This document shows, one piece after another, positions 29,585 through 38,920 of a stretch of DNA of 64,000 nucleotides. Source of the stretch: Clostridiales bacterium. Lineage in GTDB: Bacteria > Bacillota > Clostridia > DUPQ01. The notes below the pieces were generated by a model. It searched no databases and was not told the origin of the DNA. It saw only the letters and a list, made by a program, of their open reading frames with translations. Numbering within the stretch: the first letter of the stretch is position 1; every line of letters begins with the position of its first letter. The stretch is taken from NCBI GenBank assembly GCA_023145435.1, contig JAGLDS010000006.1, forward strand, positions 19,355-83,354, given 5' to 3'. The translations under genes and the position numbers were made by a program.

Positions 29585-30709
29585 TTATCTTTTTTCTACA
29601 AGTGAAATTAAATAACCATATCCGCGATCAACCATATCACCAATTGGAATAAATTCAAGTGACACAGAGTTTATGCAGTAACGAAGGCCACCTAATTTTG
29701 ATGGTCCATCATTAAAAAGATGACCTAAGTGGGCATTACCAGAACGGGATCTAACTTCTGTTCTGATTAATCCATAACCTGCATCTTCAACATAAGTTAC
29801 TACTTCTGGTACAATTGGTCTTGAAAAACTAGGCCAACCACATCCAGAATCAAATTTATCTTTAGAGCTAAAAAGTGGTTCACCTGTTGTTATATCTACA
29901 TATAGACCAGCAGTCGTGGTTAACCAGTATTCGTTTGTAAATGCTTTCTCAGTATCTGCTAATTGAGTAACTTTGTATTGCTCATCTGTCAGTGTTTCTT
30001 TTAAATATTCATCACTTGGTTTTGGATACAAAGCAGGATTTACTTTAACAGATGATTGCAATGTTGTAAAATCAACATGACAATATCCATTTGGATTTTT
30101 ATACAAATAATCTTGATGATAATCTTCTGCTAAATAATATGTAATTAATGGTAGAACTTCTACAACAATTGGTTTGTCATATTCTACTTGTTTTTCTTTT
30201 ATAAATTGATTAATAATTTCTTTTTCACTACTATCTATATAATAAATACCAGTTCTGTACTGAGAACCTACATCATTTCCTTGACGATGTAAGGTGGTTG
30301 GGTCAATTGTATTAAAATAGTAATTTAATAAACTATTAATATCAATAATATTTGAGTCATATCTTATGTGAACAGTTTCAACATAACCCGTTTCACGTAC
30401 AGATACATCCTCATAGCTTGGGTTAGGAAAATTTATGCTACCATTTGCATAACCAACTGTCACATCAAACACACCTGGTACTCGTTCCATATAGGCTTCA
30501 ACACCCCAGAAACAACCACCTGCTAAATAGATTTCACTTAGATTATCTTCATCGAAAACTATTAGTTTATTTGGATTTGGTGGTAATAATGATTTGGTTA
30601 ATTCATTTTCAATATATAAGTTACTTTCCACAAATCTATCTCCTTGGCATGAAGTCAAAACAACAACTAACATAAATACTATCAATAAAATTAATATGCC
30701 TTTTTTCAT
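29585..30709 (-). CDS. msrAB: Lipoprotein methionine sulfoxide reductase MsrA/MsrB
   Basis: Lipobox LTSC; GGCFWGVE (MsrA); SGCGWPSF and RYCINS (MsrB). Confidence 0.95.
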   Translation of the reverse strand: MKKGILILLIVFMLVVVLTSCQGDRFVESNLYIENELTKSLLPPNPNKLIVFDEDNLSEIYLAGGCFWGVEAYMERVPGVFDVTVGYANGSINFPNPSYEDVSVRETGYVETVHIRYDSNIIDINSLLNYYFNTIDPTTLHRQGNDVGSQYRTGIYYIDSSEKEIINQFIKEKQVEYDKPIVVEVLPLITYYLAEDYHQDYLYKNPNGYCHVDFTTLQSSVKVNPALYPKPSDEYLKETLTDEQYKVTQLADTEKAFTNEYWLTTTAGLYVDITTGEPLFSSKDKFDSGCGWPSFSRPIVPEVVTYVEDAGYGLIRTEVRSRSGNAHLGHLFNDGPSKLGGLRYCINSVSLEFIPIGDMVDRGYGYLISLVEKR

Positions 30710-30737
30710 TGGCTTCGCCTCCTTATTATATAACTGC

Positions 30738-31313
30738 TTATTTCATACTATCAAGTGTTTCATTAATGGATTCATTACTATGATGTCCAATTTGCACATC
30801 AAATAGTTGACCATCAGTGGTAATAAAAGCTGACGTTGGAAAAGCTCTAATACCAAATTCAATAAATGTCTCTGCAGTTGGATCTAGTAAAACAACAAAT
30901 TCATATCCTTGCATTTCGTACCATTCAATAAATCTCTCTTCACTAACTTCACCACTAAGAGAAGGTGCGATTAAGGTTAATATAACCGTATCTGAATCTA
31001 GTTTTTCTTCATGTAGTTTAGTTAATTCAGGTAATCCAGAAACACATGCAGGACACCATGTACCCCAAAATTTAATATATACTTTTTTCCCTTTATAGTC
31101 AGATAGACTATGGTATTTTCCATCAATACCTAATAATGTGAAATTATAAGCCATATTTTTATCTTCCACAGGGGCTATGGTACTACTTGGGGTAGTAACT
31201 GTGTTTTCTTTACTGCTTGTATCATTAACAACAGTAGCGCTACAAGCTGAAATGGTAAATGAGATAATCATTACCAGTACTAGTATTAATAATCCTTTAA
31301 AATTTTTGTTCAT
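30738..31313 (-). CDS. TlpA-family thioredoxin-like lipoprotein
   Basis: Lipobox ISAC; FWGTWCPAC; AFPT cis-Pro loop. Confidence 0.88.
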   Translation of the reverse strand: MNKNFKGLLILVLVMIISFTISACSATVVNDTSSKENTVTTPSSTIAPVEDKNMAYNFTLLGIDGKYHSLSDYKGKKVYIKFWGTWCPACVSGLPELTKLHEEKLDSDTVILTLIAPSLSGEVSEERFIEWYEMQGYEFVVLLDPTAETFIEFGIRAFPTSAFITTDGQLFDVQIGHHSNESINETLDSMK

Positions 31314-31325
31314 ATTTTTCTCCTT

Positions 31326-32036
31326 TTATATGCCGGTAAATATATTACTGATCAGATAAAGACTGTCAGTCATTAATAAAATACCCATAGCGATAATTAA
31401 TATACCACCGACTATTCGTATTTTATTTAAGTGCTTATTTGCTTTTTTAAGTTTTTGCAAGAAAAAGCCTGCAAATAGCGATATTATAATAAATGGCAAA
31501 GCTAAACCAAGTGAATAAATAGCCATTAAAAATCCTCCATATAGGGCTTGTCCATTGCTAGATGCTAAACCTAAAACAGTTGCTAAAACAGGACCTACAC
31601 AAGGAGTCCAGCCTAAAGAGAAAGTTAAGCCTAATAAATAAGAACCAATAATGCCTCCACGAGTTGAACCGTCTACACGAACTTTTCGCTCACGTTCTAG
31701 AAAGTTTAAATGAAATACACCTAGCTGATGTAATCCAAGAATAATAACTATACCTCCACTAACCATCAAAGTAATTCTGTTGTTAAGTAAGTTGCCAAGC
31801 AGACCAAAACCAAATCCTAAAATAATAAAGGTGGTTGATAAACCAATTGCAAATACTGCTGTTTGTATCATTAAGCGTTTGTTAACCCCTTTTGGAATGG
31901 CGATTTCTTCTTCACTTTTTGCAGAAGAAGATAATGATCCCATATACACAGGTAGTAGGGGAACAATACATGGTGAAAAAAACGATAAAATACCAGCAAT
32001 AAAAACAGTTAATGGTAAAAAGATTCCTTGATCCAT
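31326..32036 (-). CDS. ccdA: CcdA-family transmembrane electron transporter
   Basis: SFFSPCIVPLLPVY and GWTPCVGPVL; six TM segments. Confidence 0.92.
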   Translation of the reverse strand: MDQGIFLPLTVFIAGILSFFSPCIVPLLPVYMGSLSSSAKSEEEIAIPKGVNKRLMIQTAVFAIGLSTTFIILGFGFGLLGNLLNNRITLMVSGGIVIILGLHQLGVFHLNFLERERKVRVDGSTRGGIIGSYLLGLTFSLGWTPCVGPVLATVLGLASSNGQALYGGFLMAIYSLGLALPFIIISLFAGFFLQKLKKANKHLNKIRIVGGILIIAMGILLMTDSLYLISNIFTGI

Positions 32037-32202
32037 AATGTGATTCTCCTTTCTTATTTATACATTATGACAAAAGTTTTATTAAATATATATACTATGA
32101 TGTAAGGTAAATCTTTGATTTCATCATATCAGAAACAAGTATACTAAGATTTTGTTTTTAGTTACGTAAGAATTTTGATATAATATTGTTAGAAGGAATA
32201 TT

Positions 32203-32823
32203 ATGAAACCATTAAAGACGAGTCAAATTATAAAAAACATATCCTGTGTTAAAACAGGTATAGCTAACTTCTATTTATATAAGTACAGTAAAGGTTATAT
32301 TGCCATTGACTGCGGATCTGATACTAAGAAAGCAAATAAAGGACTAAATAAGCTAGGTATTTCCCCTGAAAACATTACCCATGTATTGTTAACGCATAGT
32401 GACTATGATCATGTAAAAGGATTGCCTCTTTTTACTAAAGCAGCAGTTTATATGGGTCGCGGAGAAGAACAGATGATTAACAAAACAACACCTCGCTTTA
32501 ATACATTTAAATTTAACAAACCATTAGCCACAAAGGAATATAATTTATTATTAGATACAGAAGAATTATTAATTGGAGATGTAGTAGTTTTTTGTATTGC
32601 TACTCCTGGCCATACTCCTGGTTCAATGACATATTTAATAGATAATACTTATTTATTTTCAGGAGATGCATTATCTATAAAAAAAGGAAAAATAGAACCG
32701 TTTTTTAGTGGTTTTGTTATGGATTATTTTGAACATTTAAAATCGATTAAAAAAATTAAAGATATTAGAAGAGCAAAGATGATTTTTACAGGGCATCACG
32801 GGTATAAAAATTATGAAAAATAA
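32203..32823 (+). CDS. MBL-fold metallo-hydrolase
   Basis: THSDYDH, TPGHTPGS, FSGDA, TGH. Confidence 0.85.
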   Translation: MKPLKTSQIIKNISCVKTGIANFYLYKYSKGYIAIDCGSDTKKANKGLNKLGISPENITHVLLTHSDYDHVKGLPLFTKAAVYMGRGEEQMINKTTPRFNTFKFNKPLATKEYNLLLDTEELLIGDVVVFCIATPGHTPGSMTYLIDNTYLFSGDALSIKKGKIEPFFSGFVMDYFEHLKSIKKIKDIRRAKMIFTGHHGYKNYEK

Positions 32824-33682
32824 AAATTGTATTATAAGGGAGATAGCAATTGATTCTATACAACCTACTAAGCTTTTTTTGTCAAAAAGTAAATATGATC
32901 AGGTGACTATAAATGAACAAGACTATAATCCAATACTTGTGAGAAAAACAGGAGATATTACCTATCTAATTGACCACCATGAAGAATTATTATATATGGC
33001 TAATAAAGGTCATGAAAAAATTAACGTTTGCTATTATGATAATGATAGTATTGATACATTATTATATTTTACAAGGATTAATCAATGTAATAACAAGGGA
33101 ATAAAATGTATTAAAGATTTATCAATTTATCTACTTAATGATAAAGACTACAAGCGAAAGTGGGAAAAACCAAGTGTAAAATTAACTGAACATTTATATA
33201 AGACACCATATGAAGGACTAGATTTTGTCAGAGAGACAAACCCTAGCCGTAAAAGTGTTGTTTGTGATAAAATTCTAAGAACATTGCCAGAGTGGTTTGG
33301 AATAGAATCAGCCATTGTAGAATATAACCAAAAAGTAAAACAATTAGATTTTATTAAAATTAAATATCAACAAGAGGTCATTGGGTTTTGTGCATATCAG
33401 GTGAATTATGGGATAAATTGTGACTTGTATGTACTAGGAATTTACCGTGATTTTCATAGGTTTGGAATTGGTAGTAAACTTATAGAATATATTAATGATG
33501 AGGTAAAAAAACAAGAAGTTAAATATTTATCTGTTAAAACATTAAGTGATAAGCATGTAGACTCTTATTATGAAAGAACAAGAAACTTTTATATAAAAAA
33601 TGGATTTTATCCATTTGAAGAATTTAAAGATTTATGGGGCAAGGAAAACCCTTGCTTATTGATGATTAAGGAGGTCCAGTAA
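32813..33682 (+). CDS. Two-domain protein with C-terminal GNAT acetyltransferase
   Basis: LPEWFGIE, HRFGIGSKL, FYIKNGF, WGKENPCL; extra N-terminal domain of about 140 aa. Confidence 0.75.
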   Translation: MKNKNCIIREIAIDSIQPTKLFLSKSKYDQVTINEQDYNPILVRKTGDITYLIDHHEELLYMANKGHEKINVCYYDNDSIDTLLYFTRINQCNNKGIKCIKDLSIYLLNDKDYKRKWEKPSVKLTEHLYKTPYEGLDFVRETNPSRKSVVCDKILRTLPEWFGIESAIVEYNQKVKQLDFIKIKYQQEVIGFCAYQVNYGINCDLYVLGIYRDFHRFGIGSKLIEYINDEVKKQEVKYLSVKTLSDKHVDSYYERTRNFYIKNGFYPFEEFKDLWGKENPCLLMIKEVQ

Positions 33683-33813
33683 TGACTATTTGTTATGAAG
33701 CAGGTGAACTCTTTGATTTTACTAAGATAGAAAACTTATTTCACAATATTTATTGGACTAAACTAGTTATAGGTGATTTTGAAAAGCAAAAACTGGGAAA
33801 AGGTGACAAATGA
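33682..33813 (+). pseudogene. 43-codon ORF missing from the ORF track, possible GNAT gene remnant
   Basis: AGGAGG RBS, ATG overlapping the upstream TAA, stop overlapping the gpsA ATG (ATGA); MTICYEAGELFDFTKIENLFHNIYWTKLVIGDFEKQKLGKGDK. Confidence 0.5.
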
Positions 33814-34775
33814 AAATTAGTGTTATAGGTTGTGGTCGTTGGGGTTCATTTATTGGGTATTATGTTAATAAATTAGGTCATGAAACAATCATTTATGGAA
33901 GAGAACAGTCGAAAAACTTAAAAAGGTTACAAAAAACAAGTAAAAACGATTATATAAGTTTAGACAAAAGCATTACTTTAACAAGTGAGTTATCTTTTGC
34001 TATATCAAGTAGTGAAGTTATAGCTATTTCCATAAACTCACAACAATTGAGAAATGTAGCAAAGCAATTAGCGAAGGTAGAATATCAAAATAAGATTTTT
34101 GTTTTATGTATGAAAGGGATTGAACAAGACACAGGTAAACGATTAACAACAATTATGAAAGAAGAATTAGGAGAAAGTACACAAGTTGCCATATGGGTTG
34201 GACCTGGACATGTAGAAGATTTTGCAAAAGGAATCCCAAATTGTATGGTAATTGATTGTGATAACGATATAATCAAAAAGAAATTGGTAAAAGAATTAAG
34301 CAGTAAGTTAATCAGATTCTATTATGGTCATGATTTAATTGGTAATGAAATAGGCGCTGCTGCTAAGAATGTTATTGGTATTGCAGCTGGTTTGCTAGAT
34401 GGACTTAATTTTTCTAGTTTAAAAGGAGCTCTAATGGCTAGAGGTGCTAGGGAAGTTTCTAGATTAATTGAAGCCATGGGTGGCCATAAGGTAACAGCTT
34501 ATGGATTAAGTCATTTAGGGGACTATCAGGCTACTTTGTTCTCACCCTTTAGCCACAATCGTCGATATGGACAAGCGTTAGTAACAAAAGAAGATTATAA
34601 ACAATTAGCAGAAGGTGTGAAAACTGTAAAAGCATTAACTTTACTTGGTAAAAAATATGGAGTAGATTTACCTATTTCTCAGGCAGTATATGAAATTATT
34701 TATGAGCAATGTGATGTAAAAGAAACCTTGTTAACTCTATTTGAACGACCTGTGAAATTTGAATTTAAAAATTAG
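33810..34775 (+). CDS. gpsA: NAD(P)H-dependent glycerol-3-phosphate dehydrogenase
   Basis: IGCGRWGS, MKGIE, GAAAKNVIGIAAG, HLGDY, AEGV. Confidence 0.88.
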   Translation: MKISVIGCGRWGSFIGYYVNKLGHETIIYGREQSKNLKRLQKTSKNDYISLDKSITLTSELSFAISSSEVIAISINSQQLRNVAKQLAKVEYQNKIFVLCMKGIEQDTGKRLTTIMKEELGESTQVAIWVGPGHVEDFAKGIPNCMVIDCDNDIIKKKLVKELSSKLIRFYYGHDLIGNEIGAAAKNVIGIAAGLLDGLNFSSLKGALMARGAREVSRLIEAMGGHKVTAYGLSHLGDYQATLFSPFSHNRRYGQALVTKEDYKQLAEGVKTVKALTLLGKKYGVDLPISQAVYEIIYEQCDVKETLLTLFERPVKFEFKN

Positions 34776-34815
34776 TACTAATATATTAATACCTATAAAA
34801 TAAAAAGATAGAAAA

Positions 34816-34843
34816 AAAACAGCAAGAGTACTTGCTGTCTTTT
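34816..34843. terminator. Probable bidirectional terminator
   Basis: ACAGCAAG-agta-CTTGCTGT flanked by A and T tracts between convergent genes. Confidence 0.75.
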
Positions 34844-34862
34844 AAATTTATATATACTTTTT

Positions 34863-35591
34863 TTATTTTTTGTGGTTAAGTGAAATTGCATTTACAGGAC
34901 ATTCATCTATAGAGGCTTCGATTATTTTTTTGTTATCTTTTGTAACAATAGGTGATTTAACTTTTGCCTTGTCATTATTCATTTCAAAATATTCAGGGTA
35001 AACTCGTGCACAAATTCCACAACCAATACAATGTTGCTTGTTAATTTTAAAAGAAGTATTTGAAATACTTGCATCATTACTATTAAGTATATCTTCTTTT
35101 TTAACAAATAGTGAAATTATGTATCCCATGAATAATATGGTGATAACAGTTAATACCCATCTAACAATCATAAAATTAACACCTAAAAATTTAGCTTCAT
35201 TTAATAACATTGGTACCTTAATAACAGCCCAAGAACTTAATATAATAACAATATTTGCAACACTTGCTCCTTTTTTAAGTAATAATTTACTTAATGGAAA
35301 AGCAGCATAGATAGGCCCTGCTGATAAACTACCTAAAAGAATAGAAAATAAATTACCAGAAAAACCTGATTTTGCACCAAGTTTTTTGGTGATTAACTCT
35401 TTTGGGACCCAAGCATCAATAAGGATTGTTAATAAAAATATAACAGGAAGTACTTGTAGCATTTCTAGTAAATAGTAAACACTATTATTCGCTGAAGTAA
35501 GAGCTATGTCAGGGGCAAATATAAATAATCCTAAATAGGAGAGAGTTACTAATACTAACCTTTTATGCTTTTTTATTTTTTTCATTATCAT
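34863..35591 (-). CDS. DUF318/ArsP-like permease half with C-terminal ferredoxin domain
   Basis: AGPIYAAFP, WAVIKVPML; tail CIGCGICARV...ECPVNAI. Confidence 0.75.
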   Translation of the reverse strand: MIMKKIKKHKRLVLVTLSYLGLFIFAPDIALTSANNSVYYLLEMLQVLPVIFLLTILIDAWVPKELITKKLGAKSGFSGNLFSILLGSLSAGPIYAAFPLSKLLLKKGASVANIVIILSSWAVIKVPMLLNEAKFLGVNFMIVRWVLTVITILFMGYIISLFVKKEDILNSNDASISNTSFKINKQHCIGCGICARVYPEYFEMNNDKAKVKSPIVTKDNKKIIEASIDECPVNAISLNHKK

Positions 35592-36070
35592 AATATAACC
35601 CCCATTGTTAATGCAATTACTATGGCGAAAGAAAAGCTAAGAACATTTCTAACTATAGCAAATTTAAAACCAAATTCTCTTTTTTCAAGGGGAAAGGTTA
35701 CAATGCCTACCATGGTTAAGGTTGTTAAAAAAGCAACTGCAGGTACAATACTTGCACCAACATCAACAAATGAGCCAACTAGGGGAAAGGCTACAAATGC
35801 AGGTATTAAAGTTATACTACCCACGATAGCAGCTGCAACCGTTGATAAAAATACGTTAGTTGAACCTAAAACGCTACTAATTGAGTCAGGGGGAATGATA
35901 GTTAAAACAAGTCCAATTAGAAAAATAATTGAAATAATTTCAATAACCATTGATCCCATCATTTTTTTTGACTTCTTCATTGAGACAAATGTTTTTTTCT
36001 TGTCTTTGATAAGGGATATAATTGTTAAAACAATTGTTATACCCCAAAAAGAAAGCACAAAGATATCCAT
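35588..36070 (-). CDS. DUF318/ArsP-like permease half
   Basis: GSITLIPAFVAFPL, TLTMVGIVTFPLE; overlaps its partner gene. Confidence 0.75.
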   Translation of the reverse strand: MDIFVLSFWGITIVLTIISLIKDKKKTFVSMKKSKKMMGSMVIEIISIIFLIGLVLTIIPPDSISSVLGSTNVFLSTVAAAIVGSITLIPAFVAFPLVGSFVDVGASIVPAVAFLTTLTMVGIVTFPLEKREFGFKFAIVRNVLSFSFAIVIALTMGVIL

Positions 36071-36201
36071 AAATTAGTTTCCTCCAAAATCTTTTTCTTA
36101 ATATTATAGTATTATACCCATATTAGTAACATAAGAATGTTACCCAGGTTACATATAGAGAGATTTTTTATAATTAATTTTAAAAAGTAACGTATAAAAT
36201 G

Positions 36202-36231
36202 ACATAATGTATGCTATAGCATACATTATGT
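36202..36231. promoter_or_regulatory. Perfect 30-bp palindrome, candidate operator
   Basis: ACATAATGTATGCTA|TAGCATACATTATGT between the divergent permease and XRE genes. Confidence 0.6.
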
Positions 36232-36297
36232 ATTAGTTGTGATGTTCTAAATATAGTCAATTAATTGTACCCTATATATAAGTATAGGGGTAAAATT

Positions 36298-36630
36298 ATG
36301 GATGTATACAAGACAATTGGAAAGAATATGGTAAAAAGGCGAAAGCAATTGAATATGACTCAAATGCAATTAGCTGAAAAATGTGGTGTTAATAGGCCAT
36401 ATATGTCAAATATTGAGAATGGAAAAAGTCAAGTTAGTTGCCATATACTAATTAATATAGCTAATAAATTAAGCGTTAGTCTTGAATATTTAGCCGGTAA
36501 TTCCTTGGAAAGTAACAGTGATGGTTTTAGCGAAGAAATCGCGATTTACTGTGCAGCTGTTCCAAAAGAACATCGAGATGATGTTAGAACTGTTTTAAAA
36601 ACAATATCAAAAAGCTATCAACTCAAATAA
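36298..36630 (+). CDS. XRE-family HTH regulator
   Basis: RKQLNMTQMQLAEKCGVNRPYMSNIENGK; ATG 36298 after AGGGG. Confidence 0.88.
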   Translation: MDVYKTIGKNMVKRRKQLNMTQMQLAEKCGVNRPYMSNIENGKSQVSCHILINIANKLSVSLEYLAGNSLESNSDGFSEEIAIYCAAVPKEHRDDVRTVLKTISKSYQLK

Positions 36631-37414
36631 GTGTTTTTAATATCTTAATTTCACGAGGTAAGTGTATAGAATAATGGTCCCAACTAATCCATTCACCACT
36701 TAGTGCGCCTTTATAATTAATTGACTTTAAATAAGTAAAAGCTTCTTTGTGATCTATGGTTCCTTGTCCAGTAGTAATTAATCCAAGAGATTTATTATTA
36801 AGAATACCTTTACCATCGTGTATATGAACATGCTTAATATATGGTTTAAGTATATTAAATGATTCTTCCATGGTAAAACCATGTGTAATAGGGTGCATTA
36901 TATCCCAATTTACTTGAATATATTCACTATTTACATAAGCTAAAATTTCTGCTACATCATAAGGACTACACCACATATCATGGGTTTCAAAACAAACATA
37001 AACTTTATGTTTTTTTGCAAGAGGTGCTAATTGCGAATATGCTTTTTTTAGTAATGAACGAGCTTTGTTTTTTGAAGTATCATCAGGGTATTTGCCACCA
37101 AAGGTTCTAATTACTGGTACATTAAGTGCTGATGCTAATTTAATTGCATCCTTTGCATCTGATATATTTTTATCAAAAGTTACTTCATTTGCAAAAGAAC
37201 ATGATGTGGCAATTGCCACAATTAAAATGCCGCTTTCACTAATTGTTTTTTTGGCTTCCGCTATTTCTTTTTCTGACATTGTTGTTTCTACACCGTGGGC
37301 ATGATTGGCAGCAATTCGTAATTCAACTCCAACATATCCATAGTTTTTAGCAACATCTAAAACTTCACTTAGAGTTAGTGTAGGGGTTGAAAAGGTCATA
37401 AATGATAATTTCAT
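36623..37414 (-). CDS. Sugar phosphate isomerase/epimerase (xylose isomerase-like TIM barrel)
   Basis: GVELR, FETHD, NWDIMH, HVHIHD, SGEW. Confidence 0.82.
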   Translation of the reverse strand: MKLSFMTFSTPTLTLSEVLDVAKNYGYVGVELRIAANHAHGVETTMSEKEIAEAKKTISESGILIVAIATSCSFANEVTFDKNISDAKDAIKLASALNVPVIRTFGGKYPDDTSKNKARSLLKKAYSQLAPLAKKHKVYVCFETHDMWCSPYDVAEILAYVNSEYIQVNWDIMHPITHGFTMEESFNILKPYIKHVHIHDGKGILNNKSLGLITTGQGTIDHKEAFTYLKSINYKGALSGEWISWDHYSIHLPREIKILKTLI

Positions 37415-37424
37415 AGTAGTCTCC

Positions 37425-38909
37425 TTATGGAAGATAGGTTATACCCATTAAGGATAAATCAACAGCTCTTGCTGCTTGTCTTCCTTCTTGTATTGCCCAG
37501 ACAATCAATGACTGGCCTCTTCTAGTATCACCTGCTGCAAAAACTTTGTCAATATTAGTTGCGTGATTTTTATATTCAGCTTTAATATTACTTCGTTTAT
37601 CAGTTTCTAGAGCAAAATGATTAACTAATTCACTATCAGGACCTATAAAGCCCATGGCCAATAGAACCAAATCAGCTTGGTACTTTTTATTAGATCCAGT
37701 AATTTCTCTTGGAAAGAAATTATTATCATAATCTTTACTCCATTCAACTTTAACAGTATTAAGTGCAATTACTTGTTGGTTTTCATCTTGTTCAAAACCC
37801 TTAGTAGATATTTGGTAGATTCTTGGATCTTCTTTAAAAAGTGCAATGGCTTCTTTTTGCCCATAATCAGTTTTTTTATAGCGGGGGAATTCAGGCCAAG
37901 GATTCTCGGTTGTTCTTTCTTTTGACGCCTCTGGCATAATTTCAAATTGATGAACACTCTTACAACCTTGTCTAATGGCTGTAGCAACACAATCGTTTCC
38001 TGTATCTCCACCACCAATTACAATAACCTTTTTATCTTTTGCAGATATATATTGATTATCTTTATGAGTTGAATCAAGTAAACTTTTTGTATTTTTTGAT
38101 AAGTAATCAACTGCGAAATATATGCCATTTGCATTTCTGTTTTCTACTTTTAAATCCCTTGGAGTTGTACTTCCTGTACAAAAAACAATAGCATCAAAGT
38201 TGCTTTGTAATTCATCTTTTGTAATGTCTTTTCCTACTTCAGTATTTAAAATAAAAGTAATTCCAGATTTTTCCATTAATTCTGTTCGTCTTAATACAAA
38301 CTTTTTATCTAGTTTCATATTTGGAATGCCATACATTAGCAAACCACCTGGACGGTCATCTCGTTCATAAATAGTAACTAAGTGACCTACCTTATTTAAC
38401 TGTTCGGCACAAGCTAATCCTGAAGGACCTGAACCAATTACTGCAATTTTTTTGCCTGTTCTCTTAACAGGTATAAAAGGATGTATCCAACCTTCTTGAA
38501 AACCCATTTCAATAATAGCTAATTCATTATTTTTAATGGTCACTTTTGGATTTGTAATTCCTAAAGTACAAGCACCTTCACAAGGCGCGGGACATACTCG
38601 CCCTGTAAATTCAGGGAAGTTATTTGTCATTAATAAACGACTAAGAGCATCTTCCCATTTACCGTTATATAGTAAGTCATTCCATTCAGGTATTAAGTTA
38701 TTTAATGGGCAACCACTTGGTAGTCCGTTATATATTATTCCACTATGACAAAAAGGTGTACCACAGTCCATACATCTTGCTGCTTGTTCTAACCGTATGG
38801 TTTCGCTAACAGGAAGATAAAGTTCATTCCAGTCTTTAATTCTCTCTAAGGCATCTCGATAAGGAGATTCTTGCCTGTCATATTCCATAAAACCAGTTGC
38901 TTTTCCCAT
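37425..38909 (-). CDS. gltD: Glutamate synthase small subunit
   Basis: MGKATGFMEY, RCMDCGTPFC, NNFPEFTGRVCPAPCE, IGGGDTG. Confidence 0.96.
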   Translation of the reverse strand: MGKATGFMEYDRQESPYRDALERIKDWNELYLPVSETIRLEQAARCMDCGTPFCHSGIIYNGLPSGCPLNNLIPEWNDLLYNGKWEDALSRLLMTNNFPEFTGRVCPAPCEGACTLGITNPKVTIKNNELAIIEMGFQEGWIHPFIPVKRTGKKIAVIGSGPSGLACAEQLNKVGHLVTIYERDDRPGGLLMYGIPNMKLDKKFVLRRTELMEKSGITFILNTEVGKDITKDELQSNFDAIVFCTGSTTPRDLKVENRNANGIYFAVDYLSKNTKSLLDSTHKDNQYISAKDKKVIVIGGGDTGNDCVATAIRQGCKSVHQFEIMPEASKERTTENPWPEFPRYKKTDYGQKEAIALFKEDPRIYQISTKGFEQDENQQVIALNTVKVEWSKDYDNNFFPREITGSNKKYQADLVLLAMGFIGPDSELVNHFALETDKRSNIKAEYKNHATNIDKVFAAGDTRRGQSLIVWAIQEGRQAARAVDLSLMGITYLP

Positions 38910-38920
38910 AGTTGCCTCCT

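Noticed and set aside
35565-36077. 170-aa plus-strand ORF
   Set aside because: It is the antisense shadow of the permease gene and has no recognisable motif or RBS.
36204-36229. ATAATGTATGCTATA matches the central part of loxP
   Set aside because: The 13-bp Cre-binding arms (ATAACTTCG/CGAAGTTAT) are absent and there is no vector sequence; treated as coincidence within a palindrome.
36298-36630. XRE gene as a prophage or ICE repressor
   Set aside because: No integrase, phage or conjugation genes nearby.
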